A DNA stretch of 60,967 bases, counting the filler, from Pirum gemmata (lineage: Eukaryota): NCBI GenBank assembly GCA_002812295.1. It is 9 parts of 9 records of this genome, joined end to end, with 100 filler letters (N's around TTAATTAATTAA, not from the genome) between each part and the next. Parts side by side here need not be neighbours in the genome. Positions count along the whole stretch, not along the records: positions 1 to 6,691 come from PDIN01000235.1; positions 6,792 to 13,431 come from PDIN01000236.1; positions 13,532 to 20,634 come from PDIN01000237.1; 6 more parts are not named here. One strand, 5' to 3'. Positions 1 through 13,725 of the stretch are shown in pieces. Numbering within the stretch: the first letter of the stretch is position 1; every line of letters starts with the position of its first letter. The notes under the pieces were generated by a model. It did no database searches, was not told the DNA's origin, and saw only the letters and a program-made list of their open reading frames with translations. The translations under genes were made by a program, and so were the position numbers.

Positions 1-34
<34 letters not shown>

Positions 35-744
35 TAAAAAAAAAAGATTATTTTTTGTGGACCACCTCCTCCGTCTAGAGGAACAAAAGAACAGAAGTCA
101 CAGAACTTTGTGACAGAAGCAAAGGATAAAACGAAAATAAGTAAAAACAATAATATTAATGCTACACGTAATTAGTTAGGTTTCAAACTTGGACTACTGA
201 CAAGCACACGTACGGATACATATATATATATTTTATGATATGATAAAAAAAACCCCCTTTTGGTAAAAAACAAAACAAAACATCCTCATCAAAAAAACAA
301 CTCTTGGAAAATAACTACAAAAAAACAAAAAACAAAAAATCAAGAACAAAGAAAACAAACTCCTGCTCTAGAGACAAACTAGAAACTGACCACAGTATTT
401 GACAAACTCTTTCTAAAGACAAATACTATGATACTAGTAGTCAAACAAACTACTAGTCTAATCACCAGTATTTATTAAATTAATCATATATATACGTAGG
501 TAGTAAGTATACGTAATAATGGTCATAAACTAATTCACAGCACTTCCTAGACAACACTTCCACGCTTGTATATATTAGCAATAGGCTATATATTACTCAG
601 TGTGTGGTGAGCTTTTGAATAGGTTTCCAAAAACTACTTATAAATACTATGATAGAGCCTATATCAACAAAAATACAAAAATCAATATACGTTTTGTTTT
701 CAAACACATATTATAATATTCTATCATAGAAATTATTGTACATT

Positions 745-845
745 CTAACCCTAACCCTAAACCAAACCCTGACCCAAACCCTAACCCAAACACCCTAACC
801 CTAACCCTAACGGTCCCTAACCCTAACCCTTAGCCCTAACCCTAA
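745..845 (+). repeat. Interstitial degenerate telomere-like (CCCTAA)n tract
   Basis: Run of ccctaa variants inside a contig. Confidence 0.8.
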
Positions 846-890
846 TTATCAGACACCATTTTTTTTTTATTTCTTTTTCTCAAAATGATC

Positions 891-944
<54 letters not shown>

Positions 945-1774
945 NNNNNNNNNNNNNNNNNNNNNNNNNNNNNNNNNNNNNNNNNNNNNNNNNNNNNNNN
1001 NNNNNNNNNNNNNNNNNNNNNNNNNNNNNNNNNNNNNNNNNNNNNNNNNNNNNNNNNNNNNNNNNNNNNTTTTTACCATTAAAGGTTTTAATTTCTACAG
1101 TTTTATCCGGTTTGGCTGTTTCAAAAAAAAAAAAAAAAATGCACCATTTAAGTTCAAGAACTCTTTGAACCGAAGTTGGTTAGGGTTAGTTACCGAACCA
1201 CTCCTGAGAGAATTGGAGTCCCTGTCCTTGGACTGTCCTTGGCCGGCCAGTAATGACCACCCCCAATTTGGGCCCCAAAACACAAAAAATAAAAACACCC
1301 ACTTCACCATATATGGTAAAAACATGTTCAAGATTCTTTTTTTGGTTATAATGTTTACATAAATAGATATATAATATATATATACCGTATATATATTCTG
1401 TTTTTGATTATAATATTTACATAAATAGATATATAATATATAATATATATACCGTGAAATTCTGTCGTCTTCTTAGGGTGATAGACTATATGGGTTCTTT
1501 GATGAGGGCAGACACAAGTCAGACACAGCAGACACACAAAATAATTGCAAAAAGACAGCAATGATAAAAAGACTTATTAGTTATTTATAAAAAACCCAGT
1601 CGGCTGAGCAGCTTTTTTTAAAAAAAACCCTTATTTGGCTCTCTACGAAGTTTTGTAACTTCTGTTACTTCTGTTTACGTCTGGTCCTGTCCTCGTAAAG
1701 TAGAGGACGTAGTAACGCCAATTTCTGGTCAAATACAGCTTCAAATACCCCCTATCTACCAGCCCCTCGACGTT

Positions 1775-1850
1775 AATTTCCTGTCAAATACCACCTACCT
1801 ACCTACCCCTTGACGTGACGTATCATTTGAAGTTCTTGAACGCTCCCTAA
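1775..1850 (+). repeat. Dispersed repeat family D; inverted copy at ~6808-6875
   Basis: gtcaaataccacctacctacctaccccttgacgtgacgta matches, with few mismatches, the reverse complement of tacgtcacgtcaaggggtaggtaggtaggcggcatttgac on the next contig. Confidence 0.75.
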
Positions 1851-2457
1851 GTCCCAAAAAATGACTCTCATTATGAGTCTCATAGACTACTTTAGAAGCT
1901 GGAGTGCAAAGCACTGCACTGCAAACGTTTTCTACTTTTTTTTTTTTTACATACTACATTATTATTATCATTATTATTATTACCATAGAAAAAGTCCCAA
2001 CTTTTTTTTTATTTTTTAAAAGTTCGAATATTTCAACAAACCTATTTAATAACTATGTCATGACTTTTGTTCGAACGTTTTTAAATTAAAATTTTTATAC
2101 CCCAGACTAGCTAGGATAAGTTACGGTTATTTTCTAGACTGCCGAAAATCAGAAAAATCAGTTTTTTTCTTGGGTCTCTCATATTTCGTAGTACACAGCA
2201 GACAAAAAAAATATAGGCGCTATATTATTATGATTATTTATTTATAACAAGCTTTATAATATATATAATTATTATATATTATTATATTTTTTTAATATAT
2301 CATACATACATAAAAAAAGGTATATAGGCGAAAAAGTAAAAACCAAAACAAAAAATTAAATTATTTTATAAAATAACAAAAACTCCTAAAAAACCAAAGT
2401 GAACAAAAAATATATACATAATTATATAAAACTAACAAAAAACAAAACAAAACCAAA

Positions 2458-2996
2458 ATGGCTAAAAATAATTGTATGCTTTTCTTATCCAACCTTTTGG
2501 GTCTTATAGTGGTTGCCTTGGCTGTAGCATCTCTCGCCTCGGATGCATGGATAAAGAATGCCACTCTGTCTTCTTACACCAACACTTTTGGTATAGTAAG
2601 ACTTAACTATTTTGGACAACAAACGGACTACTAATAAGTGCCTTCGCTTTATTATTTGGCTGTATTGCTGGGTTGCTAAACTGCTTTTGTATGTGTTGTT
2701 TATCTTTCCCCTTCACTATTATCGCGGCCGTGGCTTCTTTTATTTCTTTTGCACTTTACCTTACTTCCGTTCTACTTTTTGCTAGTAAATACGATAGTGG
2801 GTTTGCAATAACCTATGTTGGAGCTGAAAATGGATTTTTTTGCGGTAGTAATGCTGGTGCTTTTCAACTTGGTAATTGCTCTATAGATTGGGGTATGGGT
2901 GTAGCTATAGGCTGCATTATTGTATCATTGTTGACTTCTATTAGTTACGGTTCTAGTACTAGTAGACAAATAGCAGTCCAAAAGGAACGTTGTTAA
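2458..2996 (+). pseudogene. LHFPL/TMHS-like (claudin/PMP22 clan) tetraspan membrane protein, frameshifted near 2610-2634
   Basis: ATG 2458 gives TM1 + SDAW...FGI and stops at TAA 2632-2634. A second frame, open from 2607, carries three more TMs and CGSNAGAFQLGNCSIDW, which resembles the LHFPL CG..G.F.LG.C.I.W motif. The GT-AG introns I tested (2591-2638, 2596-2638) do not restore the frame. Confidence 0.6.
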
Positions 2997-3383
2997 ACCC
3001 ACTAAAAAAAAAAAGTAGTAAAAAATGATAAACTTATATATCATAATTATTATTATTATATTAAAAAATAAAATTATAAAGAATTTATAATTTAAAATAA
3101 TAAAATTAATAGTGATAATAATAATAATAAATAATTAATTAAATTTATAAACAAAAATATAAGCACAATAAATAACATCAAAATAAAAATTAGAAATATC
3201 ATAGTCAAATTACTTCTTACTTATTCTGTTATACTTTATTTTAACTTTCTTAATTTTAATTAGAATAGTTAAAACTTTTAATTAGCTATAATCAATTTTA
3301 ATTGAAATGCATATCTACTTAATTATTTTGTGAGTTTTTGTATTACTTTATTTTTTTGGTAATTATCTGAACTGGTTGCCATA

Positions 3384-5878
3384 TTATATAGGCTTTAAAT
3401 TTGGATTTAATAGTTTATCATAAACTAATTCCTCAGTGTCTATATAGACAGCTGACCCTGGCTCTTGTGGCTGTTGTCTGTAACTAACAACATGGTATTG
3501 TCCATTACATTGTTCGTTGAGGTTGAGATAATTATTATTACATTCACCTTGTATTTGCTCATTGTAACTTTCATATGTGTTACAATTATTATCAAGAGCA
3601 GTTTCGCTATAGTTAGCGTAAATGTTGCTTTCCAAGTCAATATTCATACTTAGAGGAGCCTTCAGATTAGCATATGTTATTTCTTGTCCGGCAGGTGTTG
3701 ACGATGATGTGAATGAAGGTAATAATGGTGATGAAGGTAATGTGGAATCAAATGCAGATGAGGATGATAAGTATGAAATGTTATTTATGTATTCGTCATT
3801 TAAACCCGCTTCATCAATTTCTTCACCATTGTGTAAAAAATCGCGAATTCTATCACTTGTAATCATTAAACCATCAGCTTTTTTTCTTCGAATTCTAATT
3901 AAGTAAAAAAGTCCTCCTCCTAATCCTATTAACACAATGACTGCACCTGAAGCACTACCAGCAACTATAGGCACTATATTATTATTATTACTACTTTTCG
4001 AGTTTTGTTTTTTATCATCATTAATATTACAGTGTGTATTGTTTTTATGCTCAGAGTAGTGACATAAGGATTGGCATTCTTGTTGAACTTGGTACAAAGT
4101 GGAGTTATTCAAAAGTTTATATTCATCATTATGTATGGTACAAGAGACAGAAACATTTTGAATGTTATTTATCACGTCTTTCAATTGTAAATTACTTTTA
4201 ATACAACATTCAATAGGGTTATCTGTTAAATCCAACTCATTGACTATTGTCACGTTCGCAATATTTCCGATATCACGAATCTTATTATTACTTAAATTCA
4301 AAACGGAAATAGAGTCTAGTGTATTAAACTTATCACTATCAATACTTAAAATATGATTACCATTTAAATTAATCTTAGATATTTTACTGTTACCAAATGC
4401 ATTGGGGTTTATGTCTTTTATCAGATTGTATGATAAATCTACCGAGGTTAATTGTAAAGCTGTTTGGAATACGTTGTTGGTGAAACCTGTTATTTTTGAT
4501 TTTTCCAAATTGATATGATCACACGTAGATATATATTCATAATAAGGAGATGTTTTTAATGAGGCTATTCCATTGTTGTTAATATTAAAAGCTATGCTAG
4601 TACAAGCAGTTTCCTGGTCTAAAAGCAAAGTGTCCTGCGTTTCGGTAGATATATCTTCAAATACATTTGGATCGAGACTATATAATATATATACAAATAT
4701 TATTAAAAATGAAATTTAAATTAAATATAGAGCTTTAAATTTTTAAGGATTTTAGATTATTTTGGGTTAAATTCTATATTACTAAATTTTATAATTAATT
4801 ATATTTTATTTTTATTTATACGTGCGCAGGCTATAAGGTAAGGATTAGGGAATGTTAATTGGGGTTATAGGTGTTAGGGTTATAGGTGTTAGGGTTATGG
4901 GTGTTAGGGTTATAGGTGTTAGGGTTATAGGTGTTAGGGTTATAGGTGTTAGGGTTATAGGTGTTAGGGCTATATAGGTGTTAGGGTTATAGGTGTTAGG
5001 GTTATAGGTGTTGGGGTTATAGGTGTTAGGGTTATAGGTGTTAGGGTTATAGGTGTTAGGGTTATAGGTGTTAGGGTTATAGGTGTTAGGGTTATAGGTG
5101 TTAGGGTTATAGGTGTTAGGGTTATAGGTGTTAGGGTTATAGGTGTTAGTGTTATAGGGTCAGGTTAGATATTGTTGTTAGGGAGTGTTAGGGTATAAAT
5201 TAGGGTTAGGGTTTGGATTAGGGTCAGGGGGTTAGGGTTAGGATCAGGGTAAATATTCGGGTTAAAGGTTTAAGATTTAGTTTAGAGTTAGCTTTATTCA
5301 CATACCTCGTAATACTGTTACTGGTCAAGTTAAGAACGTTTAGCTTAGATAATCCTTTAAAGGAATCAGAAGAGATGGATAACAAATTATACTTTGATAA
5401 ATCAAGAACTTCACAGTCTTTTACATAGTTGTAAAGAACACCAGGCTTCCTAGTTAAGTGTTTGTCTATAGCGTCGAAGCCAAATATGGAGCATTTGGTA
5501 CGAATATCCAGAAATAAAGAGATATCGAGTTGTAAGTTGTCCGCTTTATCAAACAATTCAACGGGTAACCGGGATATTTCATTGCTTTGAAGATCTCTAC
5601 ACATTTTATATAATTATAATTATAATTAATTACATAAACATAAATAATATTATTAATAAGCTATATATATTATGTATATATGTATAATTTAATATTAATA
5701 TAGTGTATAATAATAATTTATAACTTAAAGAAGAAGTAAGCGATGATGTACAATAACAGAAATTTCGATGGCAGTAATTTTATTAATAATGATATTTAAA
5801 TAAAAAGATATTGTTAGCTGTATAATATTATTTACTTTCTATCATTAATATCTTTATTAAAAGTAGTTATAATTAATG

Positions 5879-5947
<69 letters not shown>

Positions 5948-6400
5948 AAAAATTAAAAAATGCTTACAAATAAGTCAATCCCAAAGCCTTGTCAAAAATA
6001 TTGGGCGTAATTGTATGTATACCACGGTTAGAATAATCCATATGCTTACAATTTTCAATTAAAAACTCGTTCAAAGCAGTCTCTTGATTAGGGTTTTTCT
6101 TTAAAATTCCATTAGAAACAACATAGGCAGTATCACAATCCAAACATTGTTCAGTGCTGAAATCATAAACATCACTATCCATAATAAAACCCTCGGGGCA
6201 TGTGCTGATCTGTTTTAAAACACATGGTTTATTTTTATAATTTTTAAAGGTGATTACTCCTTCGTACCCCGGCTGACATTGGCAACCGGAGATAACATCA
6301 ACACCTGAAGAAAACTCCGGGCAGGGATCCGGTGAGCACGGATTATTTTCATAATTGGCTGCAGTTATAGAGCCACTGTAACCATTGTTACATTGGCAAC
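3384..6400 (-). CDS. Single-pass receptor-like protein: Cys-rich repeats + LRRs + TM + Tyr-motif tail (5'-partial; exons 6400-5968, 5596-5306, 4677-3384)
   Basis: Three exons join in phase across GT-AG introns. Contains GCQC..GY.G.I repeats, LxxLxLxxN LRRs ending in an LRRCT-like NPIECC, TM IVPIVAGSASGAVIVLIGLGGGLFYLI, then RIRRKK. Confidence 0.85.
4860..5160 (+). repeat. Intronic 15-bp minisatellite (TAGGGTTATAGGTGT)n related to the telomere repeat
   Basis: Near-perfect tandem 15-mers inside intron 4678-5305. Confidence 0.9.
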
Positions 6401-6691
6401 CTATATTAATATTTGATATATTATTTCAAATTAATTTTAATTATATTAATTAATAATGGGTTTTGTATTTTTGAAATAATTCTGTTATTTGTGATCATTG
6501 GTGTTATTGCTGTTTTCTTGTTGGTATGGTTGATTCAAAAGTAACTGAAACATTGATATTTAAATTTACTCAGATTTTCACATGCATTGACATTAACATT
6601 AGAAGTGATGATAGGGGTAGTGATAGGGGTAGGGGTAAGGATAGGGTAGTGGGTAGGGGTTATTATTATTATTATTATTATTACTTAATAT

Positions 6692-6791
6692 NNNNNNNNN
6701 NNNNNNNNNNNNNNNNNNNNNNNNNNNNNNNNNNNTTAATTAATTAANNNNNNNNNNNNNNNNNNNNNNNNNNNNNNNNNNNNNNNNNNNN
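6692..6791. other. Artificial contig linker; also at 13432-13531, 20635-20734, 27290-27389, 34009-34108, 40700-40799, 47432-47531, 54292-54391
   Basis: Identical 100-bp N44-TTAATTAATTAA-N44 cassette, with stops in all six frames, eight times. Confidence 0.98.
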
Positions 6792-7761
6792 TGCTAGACT
6801 ACTTAGAGTTAGGGAACGTTCAAATAATACGTCACGTCAAGGGGTAGGTAGGTAGGCGGCATTTGACAGGAAAGTAGCTAAACACTGCTAAACCCTACTT
6901 GCTAGACAGCCTAGACTAGCTAGCTAGAGGTGGTGACTCGTGGTGAGACAGTTCAACAATGTGATTATTTTTCATTTATGGATTATTTTTTAGCTATATT
7001 TGGTATTAATATCACCAAATAAAAATAAAAGATGAAATGATTTTGCGAAAAAAAAAAAATTTTTTTTTGGTTACAAGAATGGCTTATTATTGTTATGTAT
7101 AATGTATTATTAGATGTTGTTTTTAAAAATTATTCATGTTATTAATGTTATTGATGTTAACGATATTGTTGTTATGCTGTTATTGACATTACTGCCCACA
7201 TGTTTTTGTTATTTTCAAACTTATTTAATTTTTGTTATGTTGCAACAGCAACATATTATCCCTTTTTCAAAATTCTTGTTGCTTAATTAAGTTTATTATT
7301 AATGTATATATAGAATAATATGTATAATTATTTATTATTGCTGAAGTGTGTATTGTAGTGGTATATGTTCATTTATTATTATTATTTTCAAATTTATTTT
7401 GGTTAGTATGTTGCAACAGCAACATTATCCCTTTGTCAAAATTCTTGTTGCTTAATAAGTTTATTATTATTGTATATATAGATAATTATTTATTATTATT
7501 ATACACTATTATACAATAATAATATAGTAATGATAATAATAATAATAATTGAATAATCAATTAAAATATTATAATATTTTTGGTAGAGTATTAAAGCGCT
7601 GGCTGTACTGCAAGTGCCAATCCTTTTTTTAACTCCTTTTTGTCAGTCTCTAGCTAGCATAGCTATCGAGATAAACTATCCGATATTGTTAGTATGACCA
7701 GTCTAGCTAGCTAGCTACTACTTGGTCGTGGATTGGTAGTCGTTTACAAAAAAAAAAACAC

Positions 7762-7802
<41 letters not shown>

Positions 7803-8408
7803 TTCAAGAACATTATCTGAACATTATTTATTATTAGGAATATTAATTTATTAGGGAATATTATTCGAAAAAGACTGAAACTATTTCTGTTTTTGGGTGT
7901 GTAAATCTCTAGCATTAATAGACCCTACTAGTAGCTATCAGATAGCTAGTCTATCGGATAGCTGCCACTGTCTGCCAGTCCTTGACACCAGACACTACTG
8001 AATGAGTGAGTCAGAACTGTCCGAGTGACATTGAGTGCTATTGAGTGTTGAATAGACGTAGTCCTAGCTAGCTAGTAGTAGTAGTAGGTCAATAGTCCTA
8101 GCCTACTCCTAGCTAGGTCAATAGACTATGCATACAAATTACATAATGATAATGTATAATATCATAAAAATGTTAATACATTATATCGTCTGATATGAGT
8201 CAATGACATTGTTAATAATATTGCTTTAATTGGTATCTACTATAATTAGATTTACTATTTAAGCTATTTAAATGCTATTATTAGTAAGAAACACGGAACT
8301 AAGGTTGGCTCGATAAGCATCTGTTCGAAAAAGGTTCCAGTAGATATCTCACTCCTACTCTAATAATGCATCGAATAATGCGTATCGGTCTGTGATATAT
8401 TATATGTA

Positions 8409-8658
8409 TTTTTTTAAAACTACCAAGCCGGATAAAAATGGCGACATCAGCCACATGAGCTCAAATCAAAATATCAAAATGAACCAATTTTAATTAAAGT
8501 ACTACCAAATTTTAAAGATCGTATAACTAAAAAAACTCTATTATGAACCATTGGCTAGTTTTAAAAAATAATTTGGCTAGCTAGAATTAAAGATTTTTAG
8601 AAAGAATCTAAAAAAAATGATTCTACAGTTTTATCCGGCCTGGCTGTTTTCAAAAAAA
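8409..8658 (+). mobile_element. MITE-like family A (~250 bp, imperfect ~30-bp TIRs)
   Basis: Left end tttaaaactaccaagccggataaaa, right end ttttatccggcctggctgttttcaaa. Inverted copy ~10346-10568, longer copy ~29848-30220, fragments ~1092-1135, ~27690-27750 and ~28195-28262. Confidence 0.75.
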
Positions 8659-8902
8659 TCGAAGGAGTAGACTACTATTGATAGCCAGACTATTAGTAGC
8701 AGCTAGCTAGCTCTAGCTAAATGTAAAGAGCGCTTCATCTATGAGACAACCAATAATAAAACATTATTATCAATCTTGCTCCAGGCCTAGTTTCTAGTAT
8801 TCAACTGTAAATTCTGTAATAGACTACTAAGTTTATGAAGTCTATGATAGCTAGCTAGCTAGCTAGTACTAACTATCGATCGTATCGTGTTTTTCAATAG
8901 TT

Positions 8903-9075
8903 TTGTCCAGTTCAAAACCTGAAATAAACTTACCAAATTATTATTATGGTTAAACTATCGGACATGTTTTGATTAATTTGGTATTTTATATTTAATCTTC
9001 CATTTTATAAAACAGTTCAATTATACAGTTAAAAAGTACCAAATTAAAGATGGAGAGGACCACTGTAATGAAAGT
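8903..9075 (+). repeat. Dispersed repeat family C; copies ~29424-29600 (+) and ~15286-15447 (-)
   Basis: Shared gtccagttcaaaa..tgaaata...tatcggacat...aatttggtattttata...gtaccaaattaaagat.gagaggac on three contigs. Confidence 0.8.
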
Positions 9076-9887
9076 AATGAAATCTATCAGTTGAGTTAGA
9101 GGCTAGCTAGCTAGACTGATAGTAGATAGAGTCTACTAGCTATGATAGCTACTAGCTAGCTAGAACCCACATAGTCTATATACTGGTAGGCTAAATTCTG
9201 GCTAATACCCTCTATGCTACTAAGCAAGCTAGCCATATAGCAGATATATATCGCTGCATATAAATAATATAATATAATATATAATATTGTATGATAAACC
9301 ATTATTATATGATATCATATAGTCCACGTGCTACCTACTACCACACTCTAGCTAGCTAGAGCTATACTAGTAGTGATAGTTATCGGGATAGCTAGCTAGT
9401 AGCTATGATAGAGTGAATGACTAGCTAGCTAGCTAGACTAATGGACTACTTTATAAGTTTATTGTAATAATATCGATACTATAATAATTCATGGTAAGTA
9501 CATTACATACGTGGTTTAACACTCATTATTAGGGATTTCACTTTTTTCTTCTTTTTATAAATCATATTTTAAATACAAGTTATAGTCTAGATAGAGGAAA
9601 TAATTTTAAAATATGGTTTATTAATATTATAAAGTTTATTATAATATAATTATCATTATAATATTATACATTATAATATCGATAGTCAATATATATAGGG
9701 TCTCTACTAGCTACTAGACTACTCGCTAGCTACTAGCTAGTAGGTCTACTAGCTATCTTTTTTATATTTGATATCAATATCATATTATTATGATATCAAC
9801 ATCATATTATTATGATATCATATCGATCTAGTAGTGATATCGATAGCTCCAAAGTATGTAATTCAGGTAACAGGACAGACTACTAAA

Positions 9888-10120
9888 AGGAGGGGTGAGG
9901 TAAAAGGCGAACTTTTTTGACCGAGGCACAAAGTAAATGTTGTTCGCCTGTTTCGCCTTACCATATTTAGTATTTGTAATTATTTATTTAGTAGCTACTT
10001 ATTTAAGTAGTTACTTTAAAAAGAGTTTATTATACTATTTATAGTAACTTTAGGCAAATTTCTGGAAGTTCGCCGGTCCGAGCGTCCAATTGGTAAGATG
10101 ACGTCATCTCATCCCTCCTC
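9888..10120 (-). mobile_element. MITE-like element related to family B
   Basis: Ends ggaggggtgagg and tctcatccctcc are imperfect inverted repeats. A subterminal gatgacgtcat is shared with 27943-28180. Confidence 0.6.
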
Positions 10121-11324
10121 TAGCTAGCTAGTATCATAGTAGCTATCATAGTAGACTAGCTAGTAGCTAGTAGTATCATGATAGTAGACTGTAGACAGTA
10201 GAGTGTAGACAATACCAGTACTCAAGCCAAAGTTGGTGATAATTCTATATTTAGTTAGGCTATACCAAGTCTACCGGTATATTAAGTGATAAATAATTTT
10301 TGTGCATAGTAGCACTGCATAGTCTACCAGTAATAAAAAAAATTATTTTTTAACAGGCAAGCCGGGTAAACCTACAGAACTCATTTTTTTTTTTTAGACT
10401 TCTTGCCAAATTATTTTTGAAAACTGGCTAACGTTTCATAATAGAGTTTTCTTAGTTAAGCGTTTTCTCAAATTTTGGTAGTACTTTTATTAAAATTGGA
10501 AACGTTTGATATTTTTGGATTTTTGAGCTCATGGCAGATGCCGCAATTTTTAATCAGCTGAAAAAAATCTGGGAAAAAAATAGATTCTTTTTTTTTATTA
10601 GACTTTTTTCAGTTATTTTATACCGGTATGACTTACATAGCCTTTCCTTCCTAGTGTACTTTTCATTTATTTTGTCACTCTAAATATTTATTTTGTTGGT
10701 TATAATATTATTTAAATTGATATTTTTAAATTAAAATAATTAGATTATAATAAAATAAACCAAATTAAATAAAAAGGATTTATATTATATTGATTTGGTA
10801 CTCTTTATTGTATATTTTATGATGACAAAACAAAGCACGATAACTATATTATAATTATAAGCTTATGTATATTATATTATATGACCACATATAGCTGTAG
10901 TCCAGCTAACTCGCATCCGAAAGGGCAATTAGATACTACTACTGATAATACGTATGACTCGTATGCTGTATGAGCATACTACTAAGCTAACTACCAATAT
11001 ACATTCTTCAGTTTATTGCATGAATAACATTGCATAATTATTAATGCTTTGAAAGTAAGCTACTTACTCGTGCTTTTGCCAGCTCCAATTTTTTAATATT
11101 AATTTTTATTGATATTGCTGGTATTATTATAATATTATATAGTTTTACATTAATTTTTAAGTTTTATTGTTATAGATGATGTTGTTATTACTACGTATAC
11201 GAGCCTGTATACGTATAATTATCAACTCTAAAAAATGCAATAAAAACAAACCCAATATGTTACTAACCTTATTGATATTTAATTTTGCTGCTGGTCTTTT
11301 GTCACTGACCTGTAAGGTTCTATG

Positions 11325-13294
11325 CTAACTGTTATGGTCGAAAACTACGTTGTTATCATACTCTTTTTTAATCATTAATATTCCCGTTAATTCATTTCTG
11401 CTTTCCACAATTGAACTTTCATCCACCTTTTCCGCCTTTTCCGCTAGGTTATCGCTAGCCAAAGATGAACTTAAACTAGAAGAGGCCTTTTCATTTTCAT
11501 ATTCTATATCACTTTGTAAAGTTATTGGGTTATTATCACCATAACCATTTGCCTGGATAAATTCAATTGGTGACAACCCACCCAACAAATCCTTTTCATT
11601 ATCCCCTTCATTATATTTTTTCTTTTTTCGAATGTACCAAATTCCACATAGAACCCCAATAAAAGCCACGCCCACCACAGAACAAACAGAAACAATAATT
11701 ATATTCACTTCTCCCAAACTTGATTCAGTCCCAGAACTTGAAGGGCCTGTCGAGCTTGAATATTTACACTCTAAAGTGTCTGGGTCAAAAATATACGTTG
11801 TACCCGGAGTTTCAACGCCCTTACTACATTCTTTGCGCATGTCAACGCAAGATCCCTCGTCAGCGTTCGCAAATTTTTGTTTGAACGAAAAACCCTGTTT
11901 AGATTCACATTGTTCTTTTGCTCCTAAGTGTGTACACACTAAAGTGGTAGTGTTAAAGTAATAATTGTTATTATTTCGACCATGGGCATTATAACAGTCA
12001 TCCGTTAAATTATGACACAACCCTTGGTGATCGTGTATATCTAAAAACTTTTCATTTTCGTTAAACTCATGATACAGTTTCGCTTCACACTCTTCTCGTT
12101 TGGAATAAATACATTTCCCTTCAAAAAATTTATAAAATTGTGAAGAGGCAGCTTTTTCTAAACACTCTTTTTGTACATCATGACAAACTCCGAATTTACC
12201 TGTTGTAGTGTTAAGTTCAGTAGAATCGTAAAACGAATATGTATACATCTTTCTGCAAGATATAATTGCTTCAGATTCCGTTTTGAAAGTAAATTTGAGG
12301 ACCCTGTGATCGGAACCGGTCCCTGGAATTACTTTCCCATCATCATAATTCATATTCACATGCTTTCCATTAGTGAAAATATGATCAACCCAATCACTAA
12401 GAACCTTTACTAATGTTTTTTTTAAATAGGAAATTAAATAGGAGGTATCTGGTACGTCAAAGTCACCTCCAACAACAATTAAATCATTTACATCACTTTT
12501 ATCATTTATTAAAGTGGTGATGTTTTCCGCAGCCATTTTTTCCCAGGTATTCATACCAATCTTCTCACGATACCTGGTAGACATAGCTTTGAAATTCAAA
12601 AAGAAATAAGTTTGGTTTACTCCTTTCTCTCGTAATCTCAAAAATTGCATTATCCCAGCAGATTCCACCGTTCCACCGCCAATGCGTTCGAATTTTTCGC
12701 CATTATAAGCAATGGCATTTTGGTCAATTCTGCTTCTATTATGGTGACTCATCTCTCCTATTTATAATATTATAACTCATTAATAACAGTATAAATAATT
12801 TGACTATTGATAAATCATTAATATTACAAAAGTTAAATTACAATTACAAGTGATATTATATTAAATCAAGATTAATAAGAAATAAAAAAAACTAATATAA
12901 CAATATAAATACAACACCTAATGTATTGTTAGGAAATAATAAAATATGCAAAATAACAAAATATTGTAATAATATTAATTAATAATAGCAGTAATAATAA
13001 ATTTTATAAACACTAACCTTTCCAACCACAGAGCGAGCAATCGTTCAGAACTCGATCCAAATCACCACACTCTTGAAACATCATAACATCATTACCTGCT
13101 ACCGATGGCCCATTAAATACCTGACACAAGTTACCACCATTTTTGCGTTCAAATAAATTCCACCAGTATAAATTATGAACTGAAACTGCAAGTGTATCGT
13201 TCTTTGGGTTTTCATGACAAACACTTGCAGTAACAACTGCCAAAGTTGAAACAAAAAGTAAGAATATTTTTATTATTAGATTTGGGAAATTCAT
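11325..13294 (-). CDS. Type I membrane protein with extracellular endonuclease/exonuclease/phosphatase (EEP) domain and Cys-rich stalk (exons 13294-13018, 12757-11325)
   Basis: Signal peptide. EEP motifs VHNLYWW, DVMMFQEC, VGGDFD, GSDHRVL. Several Cys-rich repeats, TM IIIVSVCSVVGVAFIGVLCGIWYI then RKKKK. The intron joins in phase (WKG-EMSHH). Confidence 0.8.
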
Positions 13295-13532
13295 TTCATT
13301 TCATTTTCTTTATATTATTATTATTATAATTGGAATATTCGGGATAATTATAAATTATATTTTCCAATTATTATTATTATTAATTATGATATTATTTATT
13401 ATTATTATTAATTATCTATTATTATTATTATNNNNNNNNNNNNNNNNNNNNNNNNNNNNNNNNNNNNNNNNNNNNTTAATTAATTAANNNNNNNNNNNNN
13501 NNNNNNNNNNNNNNNNNNNNNNNNNNNNNNNG

Positions 13533-13566
<34 letters not shown>

Positions 13567-13641
13567 GTTTCGCATTTGTTTGTATTTTTGTTTGTATTCG
13601 TGTTTGTGCTTATTGTTATTGTTATTGTTTTCTAATAAAAG

Positions 13642-13725
13642 GAGAAGGCAAAACTGGACGTTGCGAAAGAAGATGCAATAAGGATACAATTACAAAATTT
13701 ACAAAAAGAACAGAAACAAGTTTGA
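13642..13725 (+). CDS. Probable terminal exon of an upstream gene (coiled-coil-like EKAKLDVAKEDAIRIQLQNLQKEQKQV*)
   Basis: AG acceptor after intron-like microsatellite, complex sequence, TGA stop. Confidence 0.4.
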   Translation, partial: EKAKLDVAKEDAIRIQLQNLQKEQKQV

